A stretch of 63,089 nt of DNA, filler included, from Bigelowiella natans CCMP2755 (Eukaryota > Protista > Cercozoa): NCBI GenBank assembly GCA_000320545.1. It is 6 parts of 6 records of this genome, joined end to end, with 100 filler letters (N's around TTAATTAATTAA, not from the genome) between each part and the next. Parts side by side here need not be neighbours in the genome. Positions count along the whole stretch, not along the records: positions 21,038 to 46,166 come from ADNK01000645.1; 5 more parts are not named here. One strand, written 5' to 3'. Numbering within the stretch: the first letter of the stretch is position 1; each line of letters opens with the position of its first letter. The notes below the pieces were generated by a model, which saw only the letters and a list, made by a program, of their open reading frames with translations, did not search any database and had not been told where the DNA came from. The translations under genes were made by a program, and so were the position numbers. Of the stretch, positions 24,301-34,737 are shown in pieces.

Positions 24301-26361
24301 CAGACTGCAGCTTGGATACTACGTAGGTTCTCCCCTACCTACGCTAGGACTGCAGCTGCTTTTACTACTGCTTACCGGAAGGAGAACTCTGTAGGCCTCA
24401 GCTTCGCTAAGGTGTGGGCCAAGGCTGGCCTTGATGCCCACTTCGATAACCTAATAAAGTTATGCAGCAACACCCTATTGAATGCTAAGCTAGACACTAC
24501 TAGACCAGCTACCCTATGGACAGACTGGTCTAAGCTAGGTATGGCTGCTGTACTTACCCAAGACCAGCAGATCATACGGGTGTGGGGCAGGGCCTGCACA
24601 GCAGCTGAGGCCAAGTACAGCCCTACAAAAGGAGAGTATAAAGCCATGACTGAGGCGCAGAGGAAACTAAGATACTACCTGCTGTCGGTGCCCAGCTTCA
24701 CCTTAATGACTGACCACAAGCCCCTCCTAGGCATCGACCGCAAGCTCGAAGCGCCTAACGATGAGTATGCAGCTATGAGGGCGGACACGGAAGAGTTTAG
24801 GGACAAGAGGACAGTGGTCTACGCACCAGGAGACAAGCAGCTTGCTGACTATTTCAGCAGGCTGTTCGAAAAGAAAGTCCCTACCCAGGTCACCCCTATG
24901 GTTAACGCGATTACCTTCGAGGACGGCGACTTCCTGCCTGAGCCAGAGGAGCTCCAGCACCTTCAAGAACACCTGGATAAATACAAACACAAGCATGAGG
25001 TACTTAGTGATAGGATATATGTATACACTAATAATGTTAGGCGTACCTACGTGCCACGGCGGACCAGGGGAGCCCTTCTCTTTACCGCCCATGGACCTGC
25101 ACACGTAGGAGAAAACCATATCACTGCTCTACTCTACCATTACTACTGGCCCTACAAGCTAAAAGAGATAAGGACATACCTGCGTGGCTGCAGGTGCTCC
25201 AGCTTGAAGGCGGCAGGCGTCGCCACCAAGGAGTCCAGCAAGAGCCGTGCATCTAAGAAAATCAAAGCAAGGAACTTCTTAGATATCGTGCAAATTGATG
25301 TTTATAAGTACGATGGCTATCACTACCTTACCTTCGTTGATGTGGCCACTGGAAAGTGCTGGGTTAAAAAGATTATCAAGGTCAACGTTGCTAAGAAGAA
25401 CAAAGGCTTATATAAGCAGAGGCTTACTAACTGCTACCGTACCTGGGAGTCTGAGCTCCAGGCTATCCCTGATGAAGTTAGCATAAACAAGATACCAAAG
25501 AAGTTACATGTGGATAATGAGACCTCTCTTCTACAGCTACCACACCCTAATATTGATGCCTCACCTGTATACTATGCCCAGTCCAACTCCAAGGTAGAGC
25601 GACTCCACCGCACCTTGGCCAACCTAAGCAGGATAAATAGCACCACACCAGACAAGATACAAGGGTTAGTAAACGACACCTTCACGTCTGGGGGAGGTAT
25701 CAAGGATAAGGAGAGGGAAGAAGGCGACGACAACGACGACGATACCGAGAGCGAAGACGAGAAGGTCCCGTACGATGGCCGAGTTCTAAAGGAAGGACAG
25801 TATGTTAGGGCCAAGGTAAATCTGAGATCGAGAAATAAACAAGACCCCTTCTGGGGTGGCGTTGCAAAGGTTACCGAGAGGAAGGGGAGGAAGCAGTACT
25901 ACATCTATGATGGGAACAGGGTCACCTTGCGCCACATCAGTCACCTAAAGAATTATGATATCGGTGAGAAGCTCCTAGAGGATGTTAAAGTAAACCCTAC
26001 TGTGTGGGAGCGAGCAATGCCTTGTTTAGGACCCCGACCTAAGTTCGATGTGGAATATGGAAACAATAAGGTCAGGGTGAACGACGATTGGCGCATGAAG
26101 ATTGTCTATCTAGGCTACCCTGGATTACGAAAGATGGAGAGGGTAGCTATGAAAATAAAGGACGGAAAATATCAGCTACTCTACCTAGCTGTTCCCGACT
26201 TACCCTTTGAGCACTGGTATAAGGTCCTGGGGGACCTTGATGCAGAGGGCTGGTATGGACACGAACCTAAGGACGAAGGTGAGTTCTGGGTAAGCGACAA
26301 AGGAGATAAGGTTAGAGAGGAATCTATTACCTGGTGGTTGGTGAAGTTCCGAAAGCGATGA
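21388..26361 (+). CDS. Gag-Pol polyprotein, 1657 aa: Gag with zinc knuckle, aspartic protease, RT, RNase H, integrase, SH3-like C-domain, terminal adenine-MTase-like domain
   Basis: CGYCSRKGKHTAKDC (22495-22539); ALWDSGS (D at 22942); SLDKNESY, FPYGL, YVDD (24052-24063); TDWS, TDHKPL, LADYFSR; H..H..CRC, QID, HVDN, SKVERLHRTL; DPFWGG..RHISHLK. Confidence 0.95.
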   Translation: MSQQLEEQQDFGSQAVQGHEQKQERKGDTDAKEGGGTPPQAPPGPAPGIKKADAAAEALENFYEADDEDVAAESKKVVMALRALRPRASNYAKLKVSIEYKYQTHDVWAAIMQDIMDYEADLPPEWAALFRNDGGLGASRGTTQSTVKQQQPVQRNTQFMSVKTAPVMITKYNGKRGEARRWWKNARSILCDFTPNPTENDKLKWLAIIKQAMDLYETGRTRIRQLEKIHTTVSGLRDVEAIMKAFVNEQDANSLPQAIRKYRAMMQHEREPVRDFATRFQDMIDELHDFNYNTGDDQARFEEFKLKIKESTYVTEKGYTTMEAAVQAISLREQEQDRKFTSPKVPGIGNINAIKPQRDWYKDREGNRRCGYCSRKGKHTAKDCRDRKEGRPRMTIRQLNEHYEKLKRKKGRGQGYNNSKWQGSNNGKNNKYKNKKQNSINAIQQQINGILDHLKQAPTKTAVPATQDQDKPMTLDDIKNLGVCNINDEDANRTIKVAMTKVKVKDSYGDYKKLPALWDSGSMPKSFISLSTVRRLGLLDQVTKKERKYAQADGSSSMKTVGELMLKLQIPGSDAETQIKTRVAMTLSMELLLGQDALEKLGGIISFYNHKIYFAKLPKKSGRTISQNMIRLDEWTSESSVNALEFMDLADNKLPTPTELRKKNPGKTIRQITELLDKTPPADDWDIDKGKKYINKILNEKYSDITKPTTKPSSKLTPVKIELKKGYEECIINDPEHRRPEADWEKIEWQINEWAKEGKIEPSNSPWNVRHVLAKKPTYPFFRLAHNFIRHNRVIKRIQTPTPRIDDVIEHVIGYKYYSSLDKNESYMQTPIHKTSRPITAFSSRHRKWHFVVFPYGLSISGDAFSSQNYRAYTHDGMASVLWVFVFVYVDDDIICTNTVVAQIFLLENIFIRFAHFGFTIRLQKCTFLATRIKWCGYYLEQGRITPNPEKVAALQQAPKPKNAKELKSFLQTAAWILRRFSPTYARTAAAFTTAYRKENSVGLSFAKVWAKAGLDAHFDNLIKLCSNTLLNAKLDTTRPATLWTDWSKLGMAAVLTQDQQIIRVWGRACTAAEAKYSPTKGEYKAMTEAQRKLRYYLLSVPSFTLMTDHKPLLGIDRKLEAPNDEYAAMRADTEEFRDKRTVVYAPGDKQLADYFSRLFEKKVPTQVTPMVNAITFEDGDFLPEPEELQHLQEHLDKYKHKHEVLSDRIYVYTNNVRRTYVPRRTRGALLFTAHGPAHVGENHITALLYHYYWPYKLKEIRTYLRGCRCSSLKAAGVATKESSKSRASKKIKARNFLDIVQIDVYKYDGYHYLTFVDVATGKCWVKKIIKVNVAKKNKGLYKQRLTNCYRTWESELQAIPDEVSINKIPKKLHVDNETSLLQLPHPNIDASPVYYAQSNSKVERLHRTLANLSRINSTTPDKIQGLVNDTFTSGGGIKDKEREEGDDNDDDTESEDEKVPYDGRVLKEGQYVRAKVNLRSRNKQDPFWGGVAKVTERKGRKQYYIYDGNRVTLRHISHLKNYDIGEKLLEDVKVNPTVWERAMPCLGPRPKFDVEYGNNKVRVNDDWRMKIVYLGYPGLRKMERVAMKIKDGKYQLLYLAVPDLPFEHWYKVLGDLDAEGWYGHEPKDEGEFWVSDKGDKVREESITWWLVKFRKR

Positions 26362-26367
26362 AGGTCT

Positions 26368-26412
26368 AAGGGAATAAGGAAGGAAGGAAGGAGCAACGTG
26401 ACTTGGGGGAGG
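26368..26412 (+). promoter_or_regulatory. Polypurine tracts preceding the 3' LTR
   Basis: AAGGGAATAAGGAAGGAAGGAAGGAG (26368-26393) and GGGGGAGG (26405-26412), the latter abutting the LTR TG. Confidence 0.8.
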
Positions 26413-26738
26413 TGTAGCGCGTACCACTACGCGGGCACAAGTCACGTGCGACAACAAAGGGGTTGTCGCGGATATAGAATATAGATAACGTAGATATTAA
26501 TACAGCATAGGCACGTGGGTTCCGGCGGGACTCATGGCAGCACACCGGAAGTGTGCTGCCCCACGTGCGGCGGCATTCGCGAAAGCTTCGCGAATGATTA
26601 CGCAGTGCACGATTTAATAAAAATATAATCTTTAATAAAAATAAACACAACTCTTCAAAAGGAAGCAAACGTGCCTTTCCCCCCCCCTGCCTACTTGTGC
26701 ACGTAGCGCCTCGGCCTGTGAACACCTTACGCGCAACA
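26413..26738 (+). repeat. 3' LTR, 326 bp
   Basis: Terminal inverted repeat TGTAGCGCGTA / TACGCGCAACA (1 mismatch); AATAAA signals at ~26616-26645; near-identical inverted copy at 45424-45749. Confidence 0.93.
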
Positions 26739-27497
26739 GTCAACGAATGGTGGCACTGACGCGAGGGCAATGCACCAACGCTGGAACGTGTCACGTGCTG
26801 CACTCGCAATCTCAACGTTGCCTCAACCATCGCCGGAACACAGATCGTTGAGCATGCTGGCACGCTCCTCTGTCCAGCCAGCTGGGGCTCTGGGATTTTC
26901 CAGGCTGTGGCCAAGTTTGACACCCAGGCTGGCCACCTGGATGTTGGAATGCAACCAGCTAGCCAGTGCAGTCAAACGTGCAGTCAAAAGTGCAAAATTG
27001 TGCCCCCCGGCACTTCACTCGTTCACGATGCATTCACGGTGGGCTCACAGCAGAGTTGAACCACAAACACATTCAGACACGGACAACGCAGCAATTTGCC
27101 ACAGCTCGCAGAGTCACCTCGTTGTGCCCATGCCTGTCTGACTGTCTGGCTGCAACAACGTGACAAAGGCCTGTGTTGTCGTTCTCCAACCTTGGCAAAC
27201 ATTTCGGGTCTCTTCTGCACCGAGGAGACTGAGATGAAAGTGGAAGGTGAAGTTTGTTGGCTGAATGCCGATTCAAAAGTGTCTGCGGTGAGTCGACCGC
27301 AGTCAACACGCATCAGCAAAGAAAAGCGAAGATCACACGAGCAAAAGATTCAAGATTCAAGATTCAAGATTCTTGTTCATTTCGACATTCCCAAAAGAAG
27401 CACAAACATTTCCATTTCTCTTGACAAACTCTCATTCCAGTGAACACATGATGTGCGACAATGAAAACACGTGCAAAATCTTGGGAAAATGAATCCT
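26739..27497. other. TpA-depleted island flanking the LTR
   Basis: Hand count: 1 TA (in CTAG at ~26960) in ~760 bp. Confidence 0.85.
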
Positions 27498-28620
27498 TAA
27501 CATCTCAATGAAACTTTACCGGCTCATCCCTTCTGCGGCACTAAGAACCCGAAATTGATCAGTTGTTTCCCCAAAAACAAACAGCATTCCAAACCCGCCA
27601 TCACCGGATGTTGCAGACTTTTCTCAAAACACAACACATTTGTTGGACATGCTCTCTCAAACAACGGCTTTCGGCAAAAAAACGGATGTGCGGTCTGTGT
27701 TCCAGCATAAGTAAAATCGTCACGGTAGGAATTCAAAATATCAAGCTAACCCGATATCCACAATCACGGTCAAATTATGAGTATCTTGGTAATTACTTTG
27801 TATTCTTCCAAAAAAATACAAAGTAATTTTGCTCAATATGAAATACCATGTATGCAATGCACTTTCTGAAATGTTGACAGTTCGCAGCCAACTGAAACTT
27901 CAAGACAAAAGTTGTCACAGATGAGTTTCCAGGTAAGATGACTGGCAAATTTATTGACCAGTACAACATGTCGGAGAGTATAACCCGCCATGCTTTTGGT
28001 GAACTTGGCGATGATTTTGCTCATTACTTTGTATGAAAATCACATAACGCGCGAGTAAAGGAGAACGCAAACGCTGTTGCATATGGGTCATCCAATCATC
28101 CACAACCACCACATCAACCTCACTATTTAATTCGTATCGTGAAATCAAAATGTGGTTTGTTTGGCTTTCTTGTAACGGAGTGTCAAGTAGAATAAGAATT
28201 AATGAGAATCAAATAGAAGCGGAATCAAGAGAAATGTACTGAGATTATCGCTTGTCCACGGATCATACAAAGCACGGATTAAATAATGTATAATGCATTT
28301 GATTATCACCATATGGATGTATTTAAAAATTCAAAATAGATGCTTGCAACGAAAATGATTGCAGTAAATAATACTTGTACATCGATACAGATATTCAGCC
28401 AAGGTGTAACATGCTACAACGAAATAACAGCAGGAATCTTGCCGATCTAAGGTTCCTAATCACATCAATATGTTTTGAATAAGAAATAATTTATTAAGAC
28501 TGTGTCGACGTCGCAGTAAAAACCAGTAACAGAAATATTTACTCTGTAAGTTTTAATAGAACAATTTCATTTCAACTACAATTAATGTTTGGTTTGCACA
28601 TTGTATTAAGTGATTGGAGT

Positions 28621-30317
28621 ATGAGTACGAGGGGAAGTATCGCAAATAAAGGAGTGAAACGAGCTCTCTCACCAAGACGATCCTATGATGAAATGGTCAT
28701 TCTAATTCTAATCAAATACATTAGCAATGTTCTGATATTGAATGTCATTTAACGTTTCTGTGTTGTCATAGAGAAGTCGATTCCGTCGCAGATTAGCAGT
28801 AGAGAAGCGTGAAGGTGTAAATTTGTTGAGATGGGAAATCGGGCACCTAGCAGAAGAAAAGATGATGCAAGTGAGCGTAGGAAAACTGCTATTGGAAGCT
28901 GGTCTCTTAGAAGAATATAGGAAATTACAAGGAGAAATATCAAGACTTAATGACGAGTATGAGAAGAAATCAAACGAATTGATGGCTCTGGAAAACGAAG
29001 CTGCCAAGATGGAGATGGAGTTGAAAGAGGAGGATGAAAGTGGAACAAATATATCCAGAAATCCCGTGGAGAGTGTAAGCAGTAAAACAAAGGAGTTGGT
29101 AGTGAAGCTCATGCAAAATATTGTTGAAGAACCTTCTGGGGATGATATTTCAGTGTCTGAGGATGAAGAGAGCTATTCGGATGAAGCTGGACAAGACGAT
29201 AATGCATCAATAGGTAATGAAGACATTGACTCTACGCCAGAAGGTAGTTCATACTTAAGAATATTGAGAACCTATGTACAATCTCAAATAAGATCAACTT
29301 TCAGGTAAATCAGAATGGCTGCAGCTTGCGAGGCAGGCATCCTCAATGACAGCTAGCTTACATCAACATCTGAAAGACTTAGTTAAATGGGAAGTTGATG
29401 CAGAAATTGGAGGAGTGAAATCCGTACGTATGACACGTATGGCTGGTCACCGACTTATTATTTGTAAGCAGATGGAAGAGCTCCAAAAGGCCTCACTCGA
29501 TTGGTTGGATAAAGCCACCAGCCATAACGTTCAAAATCCACTTGTCTTATTAAATGGACCCAGGGGAAGCCAAGTATCTTCCATGCTAGAAATTTTCAAA
29601 AGGGAAGCAATAACCCGTGGAGTAAAGATGATTATATGTGAACTTCATGCAGCTCGTACCGTGGAAATGTATTTGTTAAAAGGCGGAGCATACTTTGGAT
29701 ATACTTTGACCTTAAAAGGATTTGATCCAAACAACATTGAAGAGTTCGTACTTTTGAGGGAGAGAAATCCTAATGACATATGGTATCTTGTTCAAAGCGT
29801 ACAAGAAATGAATCCTGTGCAGTTACCGTTCACACTTGGGGTGCCAACCTTTCTTGCAGTTGAAACGAACAGTAAACAAACGTTAGAAAAATTAGAGAAG
29901 ACTGCGACCAAAAATTTTGCCATGCTAAAACGTTCAATGCCTCAATGGAGCCCGGAGACTAATCGATCAGTTTCTCAGCTGTTAGACTCGTCTAAAAATG
30001 TTGTGAACAAGAAACCCACTCAGTTGTCGAATGGCCGTAAAATATCTTCAAAAAGTCATGGTTTCACTATACTTTCGCCGATTACATATAAGCGTTTGAA
30101 AGGGACAAAATTAAAGTCTGGACAGCGCGCATTTGAATGCAACTACTGCAGAAAAATTTGTACGCAACGTAGCAATATTGTAGCACATATTCGAACTCAT
30201 ACAGGGGAGAAGCCATTCGAGTGCGTTAAATGTCGTAAAGCGTTCTCTCAAAAAAGCAATTTGAAAAGACATATAAGGGCTCACGGATATAAATACGAGG
30301 ATCTGTATCGTACCTAG
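28621..30317 (+). CDS. C2H2 zinc-finger protein with N-terminal coiled-coil/acidic region; 3 exons (28621-28695, 28772-29243, 29305-30317)
   Basis: Two short GT-AG introns keep the frame; C-terminal FECNYC..HIRTH-TGEKP-FECVKC..HIRAH. Confidence 0.88.
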
Positions 30318-30786
30318 AGTTGTATCGTCAATTCATTTCTTCCTCAACAAAAACTTAAATGCAATAATTGTCCATTGTAGTAAATTTATTAACTTAGATA
30401 ACTTATTGAAACAAAAGAAAGACAGAGATAATCGTGATGATAATGCTACAAAAATATCAAATATTCAAATTTAGTCCATAAATGAACATCAGAAAGCAGA
30501 AGCTCAAGGCTGAGAAACAATTGCATCAATTGATCACAATTGATGACACCTTTAAACCTACTTGCACATGCATGCAATTACGTCAACGGGAATAGTTGCG
30601 TAAGTGCACAATACAATGTGAATGAAGCACGTATTTTGTGTACTAGCAGCGTCCAATGCGGTCACATTTCAGTGCTTTGAAATTGCGTCATCGGTGCACG
30701 ACACATGCACATGTCATCGCACCCATGCATCTTCTCTAGTCTACTTGTGTGTGAGATAGCGTGTGAGCTATTAGATCGAGTACACG

Positions 30787-32487
30787 TCATATATCTGGAT
30801 CAGATTTCACAATCCAAAAGCTTTCACGAAAACTGCCAGTGAGCATGTGAGCTTCGACATGCAAATGTGTTGCGTTCACCGCCTCTACCGTTGTGAACCC
30901 AAATGTGTCGGTGTACGAGTAGTTTTTCCTAAGCACCCGTGCTGCACATCCAAGGCTTCCATTTTCTTCGTAACCATGTGGAAATCTTCTTGTGGAGAAG
31001 TCGCAGCCTTGAGAGTACCTCGTTGCAGACCAATCGGGCTGAGGCGAGTCCCATTTCTCTACTTGAGCAGCTCCCCCATTTCCAATCATCAGGTAGGCCG
31101 GGGCCCTCGGGTTGACGTATACGTCCTCTACTCTTCCACCTATTTCCCTTGCTAGAGGATGAGCCTGGACTGTAAAATTCACGACAGGATGGATACGTTC
31201 ATAGCCATGCTCATGCCCAGTGACAACCAGATCCACTCCTGCAGATACCAAGAGTGGCTCTATTTCCTCTCGTAGGCTTTCGTGTGAATATCCCGCCTCG
31301 GAGCAGTAGTAGGGGCGGTGCCACACTGCTATAAGCCATGGGGTACGAGTGCGATTTGTTGCTTTAAGAGATGTAACTATGAATGAGTGCTGTGGGGAGT
31401 CCTTGCTCGTATCGTGCTCGCTAGAAATCATAACAAATCTAATTCCTCCAGTTTCAAAGGAGTACCAAAAGGGAGGGTTTGCCACCCCTCTCTCCTCTAC
31501 ACGAGCGGATGGCTGCCGCGATTGATGGGTCATTGGGTATCGATGTGTCACTGCCGTCCAGTTGTACCATGCCTCATGGTTACCAACCCCTATCTGGTAT
31601 GGGTAGCGTCTGGTGAACGGTTCGTGAATCTGTCAAATGTGCGCAATCAGTACGACGATGGTGATCACTAAATCATGCCTGCGATGGGAAATGAATTACC
31701 TGGCCATATAGGTCCCACAGAGGTTCAAATTCATCGTCTTTCGACACGTTCAGAAGTGGGATCTGGGTGTCCATTCCAGCGTAGCTGACATCCCCAGCGT
31801 GCACTGCCACGTCAATCAAGAGATCTTCCGCTCGCTCAGAAAGAACCTTCCAGGTATAAAACCCTAGGGGCATGATTGAACCGACATCGGCTGTCAATGC
31901 AGCTTTGATTGGCATATTTCCAGGTTTAGGTGGCACATGTGCGACTTCCACCTCGCTCATGCTGCACGAGTCATCTTCGCCACCTCCCATCGACCTCACA
32001 CCTACAGCGTATGAGACCGACGTACCAGGACGTAGTCCGATAACTTTAGCTGTGTGGATGTGAGCATCGGACGATGGCCACCAGCGCTTAGGAGTCTTGT
32101 ACGAGTAGGTCGTTGCCTTAACAGTTCGGACGACCACTCCAGCCGCATCAAGAATAAATACTCGGCTCTGGTTGCAACGCAAATGAGTTACCCACGTTAT
32201 TTGAATCTCCTGCGAGTTTCTTCCGAGTGCAAGGTGTATTTCACGAGGACTTCCTGGTATATAATAACAAATATTGCTCACACGTTAATAAGCCCTGCAA
32301 CATCAAATTTACGTTTACCGCTTGGTAACTCTTCTTCCGACGATTTTCTCTCAATGTATAGGGCAGCCTGTCGCCAGGCTATATCTGGGCCGACATTATG
32401 ATCGGATGGAGCCAGAGCTCGGAGGCATGGTTCGATTTTTTCGTAAGCGATGAGGCAGAGGAGAGCAAGAACGGATGCTGGTCCCAT
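30787..32487 (-). CDS. Purple acid phosphatase (metallophosphoesterase), spliced, with signal peptide
   Basis: PREIHLAL..ITWVT FN3-like domain; ADVG, HAGDVSY, GNHE, WHRPYY and GHEHGYER motifs; MGPASVLALLCLIA N-terminus. Confidence 0.92.
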
Positions 32488-32749
32488 CGGCGTAGGAAGA
32501 TTCTGCCAAACTCTCCGTGCGACAAGGGCAACCGTACGTCGTAAATGTGAAATAGCCTTTGAAGCATGTAATTCCACACAATTCTGACACAGCGACACAG
32601 AATTAACAGCTTTTACTTACGAAATCCCCTCGATTATTCGGTACGGATGATGTTGCTGGAGACGCTGATGTCGCGCCACGTTATCATGCTGCCGAAAATT
32701 CTTCATCACCCGTGTCAACCCATTTAGGGTGCTGCCGGAGCGAGCCGCG

Positions 32750-34692
32750 ATGGCTCGCGCTCGATCGCACGATCGGAAAGAGAGCAAGATGTTCCTGGAG
32801 ATGATGTAATGGCTCCGTTGATGAAAGTGAATCTTTTGGTAATCTGTGATGTGTTCTCAGGGATGGTATCAAAAGCACCTCTGGCCTGGTTCGTCAGTAC
32901 AATATCTATACCTTTGATCTAGAGAGTACTGCTGAAGGCCAAAGAACATTCGGTAAATTTACGGAGGACTTGAAATGGAAGGTGAACAAGTTCAAAGAGT
33001 TCCTGAAGATGTACCCAAAACATATCTCAACGGGACGAGATGAATTGTTGGAATATGGCTTCCTGGCAAGGTTAAGAAGTTTTGATAAGGGATTGTCCTT
33101 AGACATATTCAACGCGCTCTACGTTTTGGTGCAAGAGTCTCTTCGCTCTTTCAACTTCAATATGGATCAAATTCTCGGGGCATTAGAAAAATATATCACA
33201 TTCGTTGATTGGGATATATTCAAGGATAAGTCGCTGATGTTTATTGGATTTTGTAAGAAATTGCTTCAAAAGATTGACGAAAATGGTAAAAATATGGACG
33301 AGTTATCACGGAAAAACTTTGACCAAGTCCAATCCATATTCAAATTACTTCAAAAAGTGCTACTGGTTGTTCAGTACCTGCAGGAGAAGCTGTGGACAAA
33401 TAAGACCCTTAAACCAGGGCTGTACGAGGAACTTCAGAAACTCGTGAGAGATCTATTTAAAAAAGAGTACACGAAAAAAGGAGCGTTCTTTCCCTTCCGC
33501 TATCATGTTGATTGCCTAACACAAATTCTTAAGAGGATGCGTGACAAGAAAACCGCGGTAGACAAGGCTGTTAAGACCGGCACACGCATATTCTGGGGCA
33601 TGGCTGGTGTCGTTCAGCTAGCTCACCCACTAGTCAACTTTCGAATCGATGCGCGATCTTTCAAAGAAGGCTGGAAATCGCTAAAGAAGGCATTTAGGCT
33701 GAAGAACGGTCCCCAGAAGGAGTGGTTTGGCATGATCGACAACCTGCGGATCGCTGCGCTCGTACTACTGCGCAAGAGCCGAGATGCGGACTTCCACCGA
33801 CTCACTAAGACAGTGACAACTGATCGTAAAGCAACAATTGACCGCGACAATAGATCCATTATTTCGGCCGATAAAGCCGAGTCGCTGTTTCAGCTTGCCT
33901 GTGATGCGATCCTCGAAAGGCTGCAGCAGGAGTGCAAGGTTAGCAATGGCAACGACAAGGATCATCGCCACATCTACTATGGTGCCATAAATCTCATTAT
34001 AGATACAGAGCGCGCATCGGAAGAAGCTGGCCGAGACAACGCTTGGATATTACGTCTGTGCCTCAATCAGCTCAGTGCGTTCATAGAAAGCTACAATGCC
34101 TTCACCAAAAGGCAGCATACGAAAGCTTCCAAGAAAAGTGAATCAAACCCCGGCGGCAGGCTAGACTCTCTTCTCCAAATCGCCATCCAGGCGCAATGCG
34201 AAATGACAACAAAGCAGACTCGATTAGAGTATTTCCCGCCAGTATCAGCCTCGACAAGTAGCCCGATATTTGATAAACTCCTGAAACCCCACCTCGACAA
34301 CGCCAGGCGAAACAACGCCGAAATAGCGTTGAACGAGTATAAGGCCTTTACGGAGACGTACAGTCGGCAGGGCATGGACCTTATGGCCTGCTTTTCCGAC
34401 GTGGAGAGCCAGCTCTACGAGGGCCTTACTTCGACCATCACGGATCAGATGTGTGTCCTTCGTGGCGACTTTGAAGCCCGCCGGAAAGAGCTGCTGCACG
34501 ATTTTGCTTGGGTCATAGACACCAAGCTGCAAGAGAGAGACGCGTCGCTAGAGGAGATAATAAAGAGCTCACACGAGCACTCCACGGAAAAGGTCATCCG
34601 GAAAGTGAAGGATGTTGGGGAGGCACTCGGAAAAGGCCAGAAGAAAATACACGACGATGTGAAGAGGTGATAAATATAGCTATCAATTACGA

Positions 34693-34737
<45 letters not shown>

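Larger units (their letters stand above)
21250..26738 (+). mobile_element. Ty3/gypsy-like LTR retrotransposon, single gag-pol ORF, 5' LTR truncated
   Basis: Partial 5' LTR, PBS, PR-RT-RH-IN domain order, polypurine tract and 326-bp 3' LTR with TGT...ACA ends. Confidence 0.93.

Noticed and set aside
21388-26361. Classification as a DIRS element because of the MTase-like domain
   Set aside because: It has an aspartic protease, a DDE-type integrase, direct LTRs, PBS and PPT, and no tyrosine recombinase.
26511-26570. Possible hammerhead ribozyme in the LTR (ATGAGTCC..GGA on the minus strand)
   Set aside because: The CUGANGA and GAAA core nucleotides are incomplete.
27346-27372. (AAGATTC)x4 tandem; also GCCAGGTTGTGT x2 at ~53329
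   Set aside because: Short slippage repeats with no telomere-like or other supporting context.
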